Shown here in pieces: positions 44,657 through 53,379 of a DNA stretch of 55,114 nt (positions are counted from its first letter, which is position 1; every line of letters begins with the position of its first letter). The translations under genes were made by a program, and so were the position numbers. The notes under the pieces are model-generated. The model saw nothing but the letters and a program-made list of their open reading frames with translations. It was not told the DNA's origin and did not search any database. Source of the DNA: a candidate division WOR-3 bacterium (GTDB lineage: Bacteria; Hydrothermota; Tepidihabitantia; Tepidihabitantales; Tepidihabitantaceae); the NCBI GenBank assembly GCA_037441285.1, contig JBBISL010000014.1, forward strand, positions 1-55,114, read 5' to 3'.

Positions 44657-47479
44657 TCAAGGTTTGCGTATCAGGGCAAATTTTGAAATACTTCTACCAA
44701 ATGTTGTTTTAAAGACAGCGATGTACAAGCCCGACGCTACCGGTTTGCCCGCCTCGTTTTTGCCATCCCAGCAGGCACCGATGTCCTCAAGAAATGGGAT
44801 TTCATAGTATCTGCCCGGACTTGATAGTTTCAGAGCGTTAAGCATAAGGGTTTTGACCAATGTGCCACCGGTTGTGTAGATGATGATGCTCGCATCCGGA
44901 GTAACCCGGGCGATATTTAAGCCGAAATAAATGCGGCTGTTGTCCTGACTGATAAACGGATTGGGAAAGATTTTGCCGATTTCATTTTGGGAAACCGGTG
45001 TTGCCTGAGGCGGGGGCGGAAAGATTTTAAACGCCGAGTCAACCCGCGGAACACCAAAGCCGAAGGTACAACTTTTTACCGGCAGGGTGGCGGTCATAAA
45101 TAGTGCTGCCTTGATTGAGTCGGCATTCCAGTTGGGATGGGCTTCTTTTAAGAGTGCGGCACAACCGGCAATGAGTGCGGTGGCGCAGGATGTGCCAACG
45201 CTGCCTTCAAGGAGATTTTCCGAGTCGGGCGCAGCAACGGCAACGGTATCGGCAAGGGCGACAAGGTCGGGTTTGATTCTACCGTCGGCCGTGGGTCCGA
45301 TGCCGGTACCGCGCCAGGGTAGCATATTTTTCTCCACACCGCCGCAGGTGATAACACCTTCCGCATCACCCGGGGCAACAATGTAAGGCTGGGGCCAGGG
45401 ATGAGTTGTGGAGTCGCGATTGCCCATTGCGGTTATAACAAGCAACCCTTTTTTAGTTGCAAGGTCAGAGGCGATGGAGACCGGAATCGTTTTGCCGTCA
45501 AACTGTTCATCCTGATAGAAATCGCGGTAGCCAAGCGAGGTTGAGACGATGTCAGCGCCACATTTTGCCGCCCATTCCAGCGCCTGAATATAGGTGTCTT
45601 CTTCCATATTGTATTCGTAGTAGCGGTTGCTGGCGGTTTTGTGAAGTTCGGTCCGGGCAACAAGCAGGTCAACCGCCGGCGCGATGCCCATTAAGGAGTA
45701 GGGTTGATAGCCGGCGATGATTGACGCCATTCGCGTGCCGTGATTGGGCTGTTCCCGGGAAAATTTTAGGGTGTCGGCATCTTCCCAGACCGCATTTTCG
45801 TCACCCCGGCGGAACCAGAGGCAGAAGTCGTTATTGTTGATTGCTACCAGACGGGGAGTAGCCGAAAAGCCAATTGTGTCAATGGGTACCGCAGTTTGCC
45901 AGGTGGCACCAGCATCGGTATTTGCGCACCGGTATAAAATGCCATTGGATTCGTAGATTAGTTTTATCTCGTCACCGATGAGCGCGGTGAAGTCGCCAAT
46001 GTTTAAGGCGCTGTCAACAGCCGCGCCGGTGTTCCAGTTGGTGCCATAGTCGGTAGACAGTTTCGCTATCAGCCGGGTGAAGGGCAGGTTGTTTTCGTCA
46101 AGGTAGAGGAGGAGTTTGCTTGAGTCGGCCCGAGGATGGGAGAAAAGTTTTATCATTCGGGCCGATTGGGCGACGATATCACCGGCGGGAACGAATGTGT
46201 TACCGCCATCGGTGGAGCGAAACTGGGTAATTTTACCTGAAGTTCGGCAGAGGGCGGTTATATTGACAAGTCCGTTGGGACCCGCGGTTATCTGTAACTC
46301 GCTGAGCGGTTCAGGAACATTTAACTGAGTGGTTAGCAACAGGTTCGGGTCGGGCTGGGTAATATCGTATTTTTTTAGTGTGATGAGGGAGTCGCCGGTA
46401 ATATAAACAAGATACAGGGTGTCGGCATATACGGTCAGGGCGGGAAATCTACCGGTGCCGACTGTTAACCGGCTGCGCCAGGTGGTGTTGGTGAAGTAGC
46501 CGAGATAACAAACCGGCTGGCCACCGGGGTTCAGGTTTACTTCGTTATAGGCGAGGTAGGTTAATGAGTCCCGGGAAATCATTTTGAGATTTTCATAGGT
46601 GTAGTAGTAAGGTCGGGAAATGTGAAGGGCACGGGCTGGGGTCCAGGTCTCGCCCTGGTCTGTAGAATAGGAGAAAAACAGGGCACGGGTTGGTAAGCCG
46701 TACGGGTAGTTAAAACTGTCGGCAACAAATGTGAGCATCAGGGTGTTCTGAGTGTTGGCTAACGCCGGGTCTTTAACCAACCCGAGATAGCGCAGGGAAG
46801 AAATTTCCGCGGGTGGGGAGGTAAGACCCCGCTGGTAATAGAAGTTGTCGCCGGAGAGGAAGTCAAACTGTCGGGTGATGCGGAGTCCTTTGACAGCGGT
46901 ATGTTTCAATTTGATGCCGGTGTCAAAAAGCGCCAGTTTTACCCCGGAGCCGAGATAACCGCGGTAAAATATCTCAGGGACCCCCAGCATTTGCGCCTGG
47001 TCGTATGATGCGCCATAGAAACGATGGGCTTCGGTGGTATCGACCCTGCGCACCGGTGGCAGGGGTTGAGGAATTGGGAATGTGATTTCTCGGTCCACCT
47101 CGGCACGCACTCCGACCGGCTTAATGTCATAAACAAAGGGAAGATGATAGACTTGCGCGACCAGTTCCGGTGGCATATCAAAACTGGCGGCGTTAAGCCA
47201 GTTGGAAATGCGCCGTACCCGAGCCCCGAGTGCTTCAATCTGGTGTATGTAAGAGGTGCGCACCGGCAGGTCGGCAAAGTCCGGTTGAGCAATCGGTGCG
47301 GATTTTCTTTTTAACTCATTTATCGCCTTCTGGTACTGGTTTTCATCGAATACACCTTTGTCGGTAAAAAAGACCCAGACTTTTCGACTGTTTAGTTGCG
47401 GCGCGGTGGTTTTTTGTGCAGTGCGGACAAACTCCGGGCTGAGCAGGGCGAGAAGGTAAAATAAAGTTAGCATATTCAA
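44657..47479 (-). CDS. S8 subtilase with inserted Asp-box propeller and FlgD/T9SS C-terminal domain
   Basis: Propeptide (WVFFTDK, SNWLNA), FDTG, NHGT, GTSCAT, IKPDLVA; C-terminal FPNPF...WDGKNEAGKPVASGLY; start TTG 47479 or ATG 47473. Confidence 0.9.
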   Translation of the reverse strand: MNMLTLFYLLALLSPEFVRTAQKTTAPQLNSRKVWVFFTDKGVFDENQYQKAINELKRKSAPIAQPDFADLPVRTSYIHQIEALGARVRRISNWLNAASFDMPPELVAQVYHLPFVYDIKPVGVRAEVDREITFPIPQPLPPVRRVDTTEAHRFYGASYDQAQMLGVPEIFYRGYLGSGVKLALFDTGIKLKHTAVKGLRITRQFDFLSGDNFYYQRGLTSPPAEISSLRYLGLVKDPALANTQNTLMLTFVADSFNYPYGLPTRALFFSYSTDQGETWTPARALHISRPYYYTYENLKMISRDSLTYLAYNEVNLNPGGQPVCYLGYFTNTTWRSRLTVGTGRFPALTVYADTLYLVYITGDSLITLKKYDITQPDPNLLLTTQLNVPEPLSELQITAGPNGLVNITALCRTSGKITQFRSTDGGNTFVPAGDIVAQSARMIKLFSHPRADSSKLLLYLDENNLPFTRLIAKLSTDYGTNWNTGAAVDSALNIGDFTALIGDEIKLIYESNGILYRCANTDAGATWQTAVPIDTIGFSATPRLVAINNNDFCLWFRRGDENAVWEDADTLKFSREQPNHGTRMASIIAGYQPYSLMGIAPAVDLLVARTELHKTASNRYYEYNMEEDTYIQALEWAAKCGADIVSTSLGYRDFYQDEQFDGKTIPVSIASDLATKKGLLVITAMGNRDSTTHPWPQPYIVAPGDAEGVITCGGVEKNMLPWRGTGIGPTADGRIKPDLVALADTVAVAAPDSENLLEGSVGTSCATALIAGCAALLKEAHPNWNADSIKAALFMTATLPVKSCTFGFGVPRVDSAFKIFPPPPQATPVSQNEIGKIFPNPFISQDNSRIYFGLNIARVTPDASIIIYTTGGTLVKTLMLNALKLSSPGRYYEIPFLEDIGACWDGKNEAGKPVASGLYIAVFKTTFGRSISKFALIRKP

Positions 47480-47486
47480 TTTTAAG

Positions 47487-47560
47487 TACCCCGCGCAGGA
47501 CTTGAACCTGCAACCCGCGGATTAAGAATCCGCTGCTCTGCCAAGTTGAGCTAGCGGGGT
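47487..47560 (-). tRNA. tRNA-Lys(CTT), no encoded CCA
   Basis: ACCCCGC...GCGGA-TTCTTAA-TCCGC...GTTCAAGT...GCGGGGTA. Confidence 0.93.
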
Positions 47561-47579
47561 ATAAATTTTCTCTTTCTCC

Positions 47580-47653
47580 TGCGTCCGGCGCGACTCGAAC
47601 GCGCAGCCTACGGGTTCGAAGCCCGGCGCTCTATCCAGTTGAGCTACGGACGC
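47580..47653 (-). tRNA. tRNA-Arg(TCG), no encoded CCA
   Basis: GCGTCCGTAGCTCAACTGGATAGAGC...CTTCGAA...GTTCGAGT...CGGACGCA. Confidence 0.95.
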
Positions 47654-47672
47654 ATCACTCATTTCAATTCAG

Positions 47673-47748
47673 GGTGAGTGAGGGGATTCGAACCCCCAAC
47701 ATCCTGATCCACAGTCAGGTGCTCTAACCAGGTTGAGCTACACTCACC
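47673..47748 (-). tRNA. tRNA-His(GTG) with encoded G-1:C73
   Basis: GGTGAGTGTAGCTCAACC...CCTGA-CTGTGGA-TCAGG...GTTCGAATC...CACTCACC. Confidence 0.96.
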
Positions 47749-47760
47749 GTGACATTGTGG

Positions 47761-47819
47761 AGTATAGCAAAACAAGGCTCGTTGTCTATACTTGCATTTT
47801 ATCTGCCGGAGGTTAATAT
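47761..47819. promoter_or_regulatory. Back-to-back divergent promoters (tRNA cluster on -, tdh operon on +)
   Basis: Minus: TAGACA-N16-TATACT (47788-47761); plus: TTGCAT-N16-TAATAT (47792-47819). Confidence 0.6.
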
Positions 47820-47858
47820 TTTGCAAAAGATTTATTTAATCCAATCCGAAAGGAGAAA

Positions 47859-48854
47859 ATGATGAGTAAAACAAGAGAGATGAAGAAAATCCTTGTTACC
47901 GGTGCCGTCGGTCAGATTGGTTCGGAACTGACTCTGGCACTGCGGGCACGGTATGGTGCCGAAAATGTTATCGCCACAGGCAGAAAGACCCAGCCCAGTA
48001 AGGAGCTGCGGGAGTCCGGTCCATTTTATTTTATCGATGTGGCGAAGCGGGAGACGATTGAGGAGGTTGTGAAGAAACACAATATTGATACCATTTTTCA
48101 TCTGGCGGCGATTCTTTCTGCCGCGGGCGAGAAGAACCCGCAACTGGCGTGGGATGTTAATATCAACGGGCTTTACAATGTCCTGGAGGTGGCGCGGGAG
48201 CACAATATGGCACGGGTGATTGTGCCCAGTTCAATTGCGGTGTTTGGACCAGAAACCCCGCGTCAGAATACACCTAACGAGACGATTCTCAAACCGCGCA
48301 CGATGTACGGTATTACCAAAGTGGCAGGAGAGTTGTTGGGTGATTACTATTTCCGCCGGTTCGGGCTTGATGTGCGCGGGTTACGCTATCCCGGCATTAT
48401 CTCCAATGTCACCCTGCCGGGTGGTGGAACAACCGACTATGCGGTGGAAATTTTCTATGCGGCGATTAAGTTTAAGCGCTATAAATGTTTTCTGCGTGCC
48501 GATACCCGATTGCCTATGATGTATATGCCGGACTGTATCAAGTCGACGATTATGCTTGCCGAAGCGCCGGTGGAAAAGTTAAAGCATCACTGCGACTTTA
48601 ATGTCACGGCGATGAGTTTTTCAGCCGAAGAACTGGCGGCAGAGATTAAGCGTTACATTCCGGAGTTTGAGATTTCCTATGAGCCGGATTTCAGGCAGGC
48701 AATTGCTGACTCCTGGCCCGAATCAATTGACGATTCCGCAGCACGAGAAGAGTGGGGCTGGAAACCGGATTACGACCTTAAGGCAATGGTCAAGGATATG
48801 CTGGAGGTTTTAGGCAAGCGGCATCAGGAAGGGAAACTGGGCTGGCCGCAATAG
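47859..48854 (+). CDS. L-threonine 3-dehydrogenase, SDR/epimerase type
   Basis: TGAVGQIG, HLAAILSA.GE, PSSIAVFG, YGITK, PGGGTTDYAV, LPMMYMPD, RQAIADSWP. Confidence 0.9.
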   Translation: MMSKTREMKKILVTGAVGQIGSELTLALRARYGAENVIATGRKTQPSKELRESGPFYFIDVAKRETIEEVVKKHNIDTIFHLAAILSAAGEKNPQLAWDVNINGLYNVLEVAREHNMARVIVPSSIAVFGPETPRQNTPNETILKPRTMYGITKVAGELLGDYYFRRFGLDVRGLRYPGIISNVTLPGGGTTDYAVEIFYAAIKFKRYKCFLRADTRLPMMYMPDCIKSTIMLAEAPVEKLKHHCDFNVTAMSFSAEELAAEIKRYIPEFEISYEPDFRQAIADSWPESIDDSAAREEWGWKPDYDLKAMVKDMLEVLGKRHQEGKLGWPQ

Positions 48855-48874
48855 AGCGGCGGTATGGTTGAGTA

Positions 48875-49648
48875 ATGGACGACCTGCGCGGGCAAACGCC
48901 CGAATCTTCGGTGCCGATTGACAAGGTTGGAGTCAAGGGTTTACGGTATCCGATTGTTCTCCTTGATAAGGCACACCGCCAGCAACACACGATTGCCACC
49001 ATCAGTATGTTTGTTGACCTGCCGCGCGGTCAGCGGGGCACCTATATGGGGCGGTTTGTCGAGGTCCTGAATCGTCATCACCGGGAAATTGATGTGCACA
49101 AAATCGGCACGATTCTCAAGGAGATGCGGGAGGTACTCGGTGCCAGTTCAGCTCATCTTGAAATGGAGTTTCCCTATTTCGTGGAGAAGCAGGCACCGAT
49201 TTCGGGTGCCCGGGCGCAGATGGATTACCGTTGCTGGATAAACGCCAGTCTGAAAGACAAATTCCGATTACGGCTGGGAGTGGCGGTGCCGGTTACAACC
49301 CTTTGTCCCTGTTCTAAGGAGATGGTTGGTAAAGGGGGACATAATCAACGCGCTGAGATTAGAGCGGTGGTTGAGTTTAAGGGTTTTCTCTGGCTGGAAG
49401 ATTTAATCGACCTGCTTGAGGAGTGCGGTTCCAGCGAGGTTTATGCGCTGCTGGAAAGGGAAGATGAGAAACATCTAACCAACCAGGCGTATGAGAATCC
49501 GGTGTTTGTGGAAGATGTCGTACGCCGCGTTGCCCGGCGGTTGAATGAACACCCCTTGATTACCGGTTATGAGGTGGAGGTGGAGAGTTTTGAGTCGATT
49601 CATCATCACGAGGCTTATGCATGTATCAGCCGGTTTGGTGATGAATGA
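48875..49648 (+). CDS. folE2: GTP cyclohydrolase IB
   Basis: IDKVGV, TTLCPCSK, HNQR, NPVFVED, ESIH.H.A. Confidence 0.92.
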   Translation: MDDLRGQTPESSVPIDKVGVKGLRYPIVLLDKAHRQQHTIATISMFVDLPRGQRGTYMGRFVEVLNRHHREIDVHKIGTILKEMREVLGASSAHLEMEFPYFVEKQAPISGARAQMDYRCWINASLKDKFRLRLGVAVPVTTLCPCSKEMVGKGGHNQRAEIRAVVEFKGFLWLEDLIDLLEECGSSEVYALLEREDEKHLTNQAYENPVFVEDVVRRVARRLNEHPLITGYEVEVESFESIHHHEAYACISRFGDE

Positions 49649-50241
49649 GAACATTGCTGGTTAACTGTTACAAGGAAAAGCCCGAAACAAGAATGCCTTT
49701 TTACCGGGCAATCTGCGAACGGTATTCAAAGGTCGCTGAAATCGTGATATCCGAACTCAAGCCTGATTACAATCTGAACGGTGTTGATGCGGTTGTTTTC
49801 TCTGGTTCGCAATGGATGCTTTCGGAGCAGGAGCCGCCATCAGAAGTTGTTGAGTTTGTGCATACTTTAAAACTACCAACGCTGGGAATATGTTTCGGAC
49901 ATCAGTTACTTGCCCGTTCTTTCGGTGCCGAGGTGAGAAAAGGTGCGGTCTTGATTGAGCGCGACGAAAAAATTAAAGTCGTCAGGGCGTGGGATATTTT
50001 TTTCGGGCTTTCGCCCGAAACAACAATGCGCGAGAGCCATCAGGAGTTTGTGACTCCGGAGTCAATTGTGAAGATGGGCTGGGAGATTGGCGCGATTTCT
50101 GAATCGTGTCCGGTGGAAGCGATTCGTCACCCAGAGCTGCCCCTTTTCGGTGTTCAATTTCACCCAGAAAGGTCTGGTGAAAGTGGTGTGAGGCTTTTTG
50201 AAAACTTCTTTTTGAGAGTGGTGCGAAGGCAGATATTTTAA
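49645..50241 (+). CDS. Stand-alone class I glutamine amidotransferase (GuaA-A-like)
   Basis: SGS, LGICFGHQ, ESH, GVQFHPE (Cys-His-Glu triad). Confidence 0.88.
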   Translation: MRTLLVNCYKEKPETRMPFYRAICERYSKVAEIVISELKPDYNLNGVDAVVFSGSQWMLSEQEPPSEVVEFVHTLKLPTLGICFGHQLLARSFGAEVRKGAVLIERDEKIKVVRAWDIFFGLSPETTMRESHQEFVTPESIVKMGWEIGAISESCPVEAIRHPELPLFGVQFHPERSGESGVRLFENFFLRVVRRQIF

Positions 50242-50367
50242 ACCGTTAATCTCAGAATATTATACAATTTATAACAAGGTGCGCTAACAATTTGAATAAA
50301 AGATGGTTATATTATTGTAATCAAGAAATCACCCGCTTAATAATAGGGCAGTTTGGTTGTGCTTTGA

Positions 50368-51546
50368 CTATACCTGGTCAAGCGCCTGTTTCAGGTCGTT
50401 GATGAGGTCCTGAGCGTCTTCAATGCCGATTGAGAGCCGAATTAAGCCGTCGGTAATGCCTGCCTGTTTTCTAACCTCGGCTGGCATTGAGGCATGGGTC
50501 ATTGATGCCGGGTGCTGGATTAAACTTTCGACACCCCCAAGGCTCACGGCAAGCAAAAAGAGTTTCGTAGCGTTTAACAAACGGCGCGCCGCTTCAAAGC
50601 CGCCTTTCAGTTCAAAACTTATCAACCCACCTGGTCCGGACATCTGTTTTCGGGCGATGTTGTACTGGGGGTGGCTGGTTAGGCCGGGAAAGCGGACCCA
50701 TTCAACTTTGGGGTGCTTTTCCAGAAATTCGGCGACGCGTTGACCGTTTTCGCAGTGGCGTGCCATTCTCAGGGCAAGGGTTTTTATTCCTCTTAAAACA
50801 AGAAACGCCTCAAAAGGCGCAAGTACGCCACCAAAGTGATTGAGCGTTTTGCGGAGCAGGTCATAATGTTTTTCATCTTTGACAACGATTGCTCCGCCGA
50901 CAACATCGGCGTGGCCATTGAGAAATTTTGTCATTGAGTGAACGACGATATCGGCGCCCAGTTTTAATGGCTGCTGAAGAACCGGACTCGCAAAGGTGTT
51001 GTCAACCGCAAGCAGGGCATCTTTTTTGTGGCAGATATCGGCAAGGGCAGCGATGTCGGAAACAACGAGCGTTGGGTTACCCGGGCTTTCAATAAACACC
51101 AGGCGGGTTTCGGGGCGAAAGGCTTGCGCCACCGCGTTGAGGTTTGATGAGTCAACAAAGGTTGATTTTATTCCGAACCGGCTGAAGTAGTTTTGAATCA
51201 ATGTTGCGGTTGGTCCGTACACCGACTCGGAGCAGATGATGTGGTCGCCACTGGTAAGTAAACCGCCGATTAAGGTCTGAATCGCTGCCATTCCCGAAGC
51301 GGTGGCAAGCGATTTTTTACCTTGTTCAAGACGGGCAAGACAGTCCTCAAGGAGTTCGACCGTTGGGTTGAGCATGCGCGAGTATATGTAACCGGTGGTT
51401 TTGCCCGCAAACAGGTCCGCACCCTGCTGGAAGTCCTTAAAGCGAAATGTTGATGTGGCATAAATCGGACCGACAACCGGTCCGGGTGCGGTTTCAGGTG
51501 AACTGGCATGAACGCAGATTGTTTTGATATCAAGGTTTTTATTCAT
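50368..51546 (-). CDS. megL: Methionine gamma-lyase / Cys-Met PLP-dependent trans-sulfuration enzyme
   Basis: YSRMLNPT, SGMAA, DNTF, HSMTKFLNGH, AVSLGGVESL, HPASMTH. Confidence 0.85.
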   Translation of the reverse strand: MNKNLDIKTICVHASSPETAPGPVVGPIYATSTFRFKDFQQGADLFAGKTTGYIYSRMLNPTVELLEDCLARLEQGKKSLATASGMAAIQTLIGGLLTSGDHIICSESVYGPTATLIQNYFSRFGIKSTFVDSSNLNAVAQAFRPETRLVFIESPGNPTLVVSDIAALADICHKKDALLAVDNTFASPVLQQPLKLGADIVVHSMTKFLNGHADVVGGAIVVKDEKHYDLLRKTLNHFGGVLAPFEAFLVLRGIKTLALRMARHCENGQRVAEFLEKHPKVEWVRFPGLTSHPQYNIARKQMSGPGGLISFELKGGFEAARRLLNATKLFLLAVSLGGVESLIQHPASMTHASMPAEVRKQAGITDGLIRLSIGIEDAQDLINDLKQALDQV

Positions 51547-51608
51547 CGTTTGACTCCTTTTTCATTAACGATGCCGGCAAATTTTTATTTGTCAACAGAT
51601 TCTTATCC

Positions 51609-51636
51609 TTGACTTGTTAGCAGAGATTTTTATTAT
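51609..51636 (+). promoter_or_regulatory. sigma70 promoter (probably leaderless, GTG start)
   Basis: TTGACT-N16-TATTAT, GTG 5 nt downstream. Confidence 0.6.
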
Positions 51637-51641
51637 TCGCA

Positions 51642-52304
51642 GTGGTGTTAACGGTTTTGCTCCTGGTGCTATCAACCGGTACGGAACGGCTGGAGTATGA
51701 AATTAAGTACGGTCCGGTTGTGCTCGGGTCAATGGTTCTGGAGTATCAGCCTTTAGACAGCAGCGGCGAGGATTCGTTATCGCATATAAAGGCACAGGTT
51801 GAGATTGACCGGGCACTGTCGTTTGTTTTCTGGGCAAATTATCAACTGGAAAGCTGGTGCCGGAAGGATGATAAAGTTACGGTGCGTTCTTATAAAAAGA
51901 CCCGGGAGAAGAGTTACGAGGCTGAATGGTGGGCGGACTACTTTCCCGAACAGGGTTTTGTCCGCTACTCGGATGGCGCCCGGTTTGCTTTAAGCGACTC
52001 AGCCCGGGATATGCTCTCTTTGTGGTTTTATCTCCGGAGTTTGCGCTGGAGTGATGGCGATAGCCGGATTGTGAATGCCCATATTGACCGGCGTAACTGG
52101 CGAATATGTTTTTTGGTAAACGGGACGCAGTATGTGAAAACACCGCTGGGCGGATTTAACTGTCTGGTAATATCGCCCCGAACGCAGGGTCCTTTGGGAA
52201 CGGTTTTTCTTTCTCAGGATAAAAGGAGGCTGCCGGTCGTGATTCGCACCCGAATCGGCGGGTTTACTGTAAGTGCGTACTTGAAAAGTATTGGCAGGAG
52301 GTAA
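51642..52304 (+). CDS. DUF3108-like exported protein
   Basis: Short signal; E.L.Y.I.YG, D.LS..FYLR, KTPLGGFNC, D.RRLPV. Confidence 0.7.
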   Translation: MVLTVLLLVLSTGTERLEYEIKYGPVVLGSMVLEYQPLDSSGEDSLSHIKAQVEIDRALSFVFWANYQLESWCRKDDKVTVRSYKKTREKSYEAEWWADYFPEQGFVRYSDGARFALSDSARDMLSLWFYLRSLRWSDGDSRIVNAHIDRRNWRICFLVNGTQYVKTPLGGFNCLVISPRTQGPLGTVFLSQDKRRLPVVIRTRIGGFTVSAYLKSIGRR

Positions 52305-52305
52305 G

Positions 52306-53379
52306 ATGGGTACTTATGCGGTAATTTTGTGTGGTGGTAAAGGCGAACGGTTCTGGCCCAAGAGCCGGGTCGATTTGCCCAAACAGTTTATGGTGCTTTT
52401 CGGTAAGCGTTCGATGGTGCGGGCAACAAGCGAAAGAATAAAAATGGTTTGTCCGCTAAAAAGGCAGTTTTTCGTTAGCGGCGAACGGTTTGCGGCACTG
52501 TTGAAGAAGGAACTTCCGGTGAAAAAGGCGAACCTGCTGCTTGAGCCCGTAGGTAAGAACACCGCGCCGGCAATTGGTTTTGCGGCAACGGTAATCACCA
52601 GTTTTGACCCAAATGGGGTGATGGTGGTTTTACCGGCGGACCATTTGATTGCAAACCAGGCGTTGTTTCTCAGGTCGGTTAAACTGGCGGTCAAGGCGGC
52701 ACAGCAGGGTTATCTCGTGACATTTGGTATTATGCCTTCGCGACCGGACACGGGTTATGGGTATATCCATTATGGTAAAGAGATGATGGCCGGTTCTGGG
52801 AGTAGCGTGCACGAGGTAATTGCCTTTAAGGAGAAACCGGATGCACGGACGGCACGGAACTATGTGAACAGTGGCGACTATCTCTGGAATTCCGGAATGT
52901 TTGTGTGGCGGGTGGATGTGATTCTTGATGCGTTTAAGCGATATATGCCTGATTTTTACCAAGCGTTGCTCCAGTTCAAGCGACGCTGGGCAACAGGGGA
53001 TAAGGAACAGGCGGTAAGGCAACTCTACAAGCGAGCGCCTTCAATTTCGATTGACTATGCAATAATGGAAAAAGCCGAAAATGTGGCGGTTGTTAAAGCG
53101 GAATTTGACTGGGATGATGTTGGGTCGTGGCAGGCGCTGGAGCGGCATTTTCCCAAAGATGAAAATGGTAATGTTGCGGTTGGGTTGTGGTTCCAAAAAG
53201 ACAGCAAAAACTGCATCGTATATTCAGATGAAGGAATCATTGCCGGTCTTGGTATCAATGATTTGGTTATTGTCCGCTCCGGGGATGCGGTGTTAGTGGC
53301 GCGCCGGGATGCGCTGGATGGTTTGAAACAACTCCTCAGCGAAATTGGTAAGGATGAAAAAGGGAAAAGGTTCCTATGA
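52306..53379 (+). CDS. manC: Mannose-1-phosphate guanylyltransferase
   Basis: GGKGERFWPKSR..PKQF, EPVGKNTAPAI, PADH, FKEKP, WNSGMF, SIDYAIME, WDDVGSW. Confidence 0.94.
   Translation: MGTYAVILCGGKGERFWPKSRVDLPKQFMVLFGKRSMVRATSERIKMVCPLKRQFFVSGERFAALLKKELPVKKANLLLEPVGKNTAPAIGFAATVITSFDPNGVMVVLPADHLIANQALFLRSVKLAVKAAQQGYLVTFGIMPSRPDTGYGYIHYGKEMMAGSGSSVHEVIAFKEKPDARTARNYVNSGDYLWNSGMFVWRVDVILDAFKRYMPDFYQALLQFKRRWATGDKEQAVRQLYKRAPSISIDYAIMEKAENVAVVKAEFDWDDVGSWQALERHFPKDENGNVAVGLWFQKDSKNCIVYSDEGIIAGLGINDLVIVRSGDAVLVARRDALDGLKQLLSEIGKDEKGKRFL

Noticed and set aside
44101..47760. Integrative element or prophage at the tRNA genes
   Set aside because: No integrase and no duplicated tRNA 3' end (att site) seen.
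51547..51641. SAM riboswitch upstream of megL
   Set aside because: The 95-nt gap is filled by divergent promoters and an SD; no S-box core.
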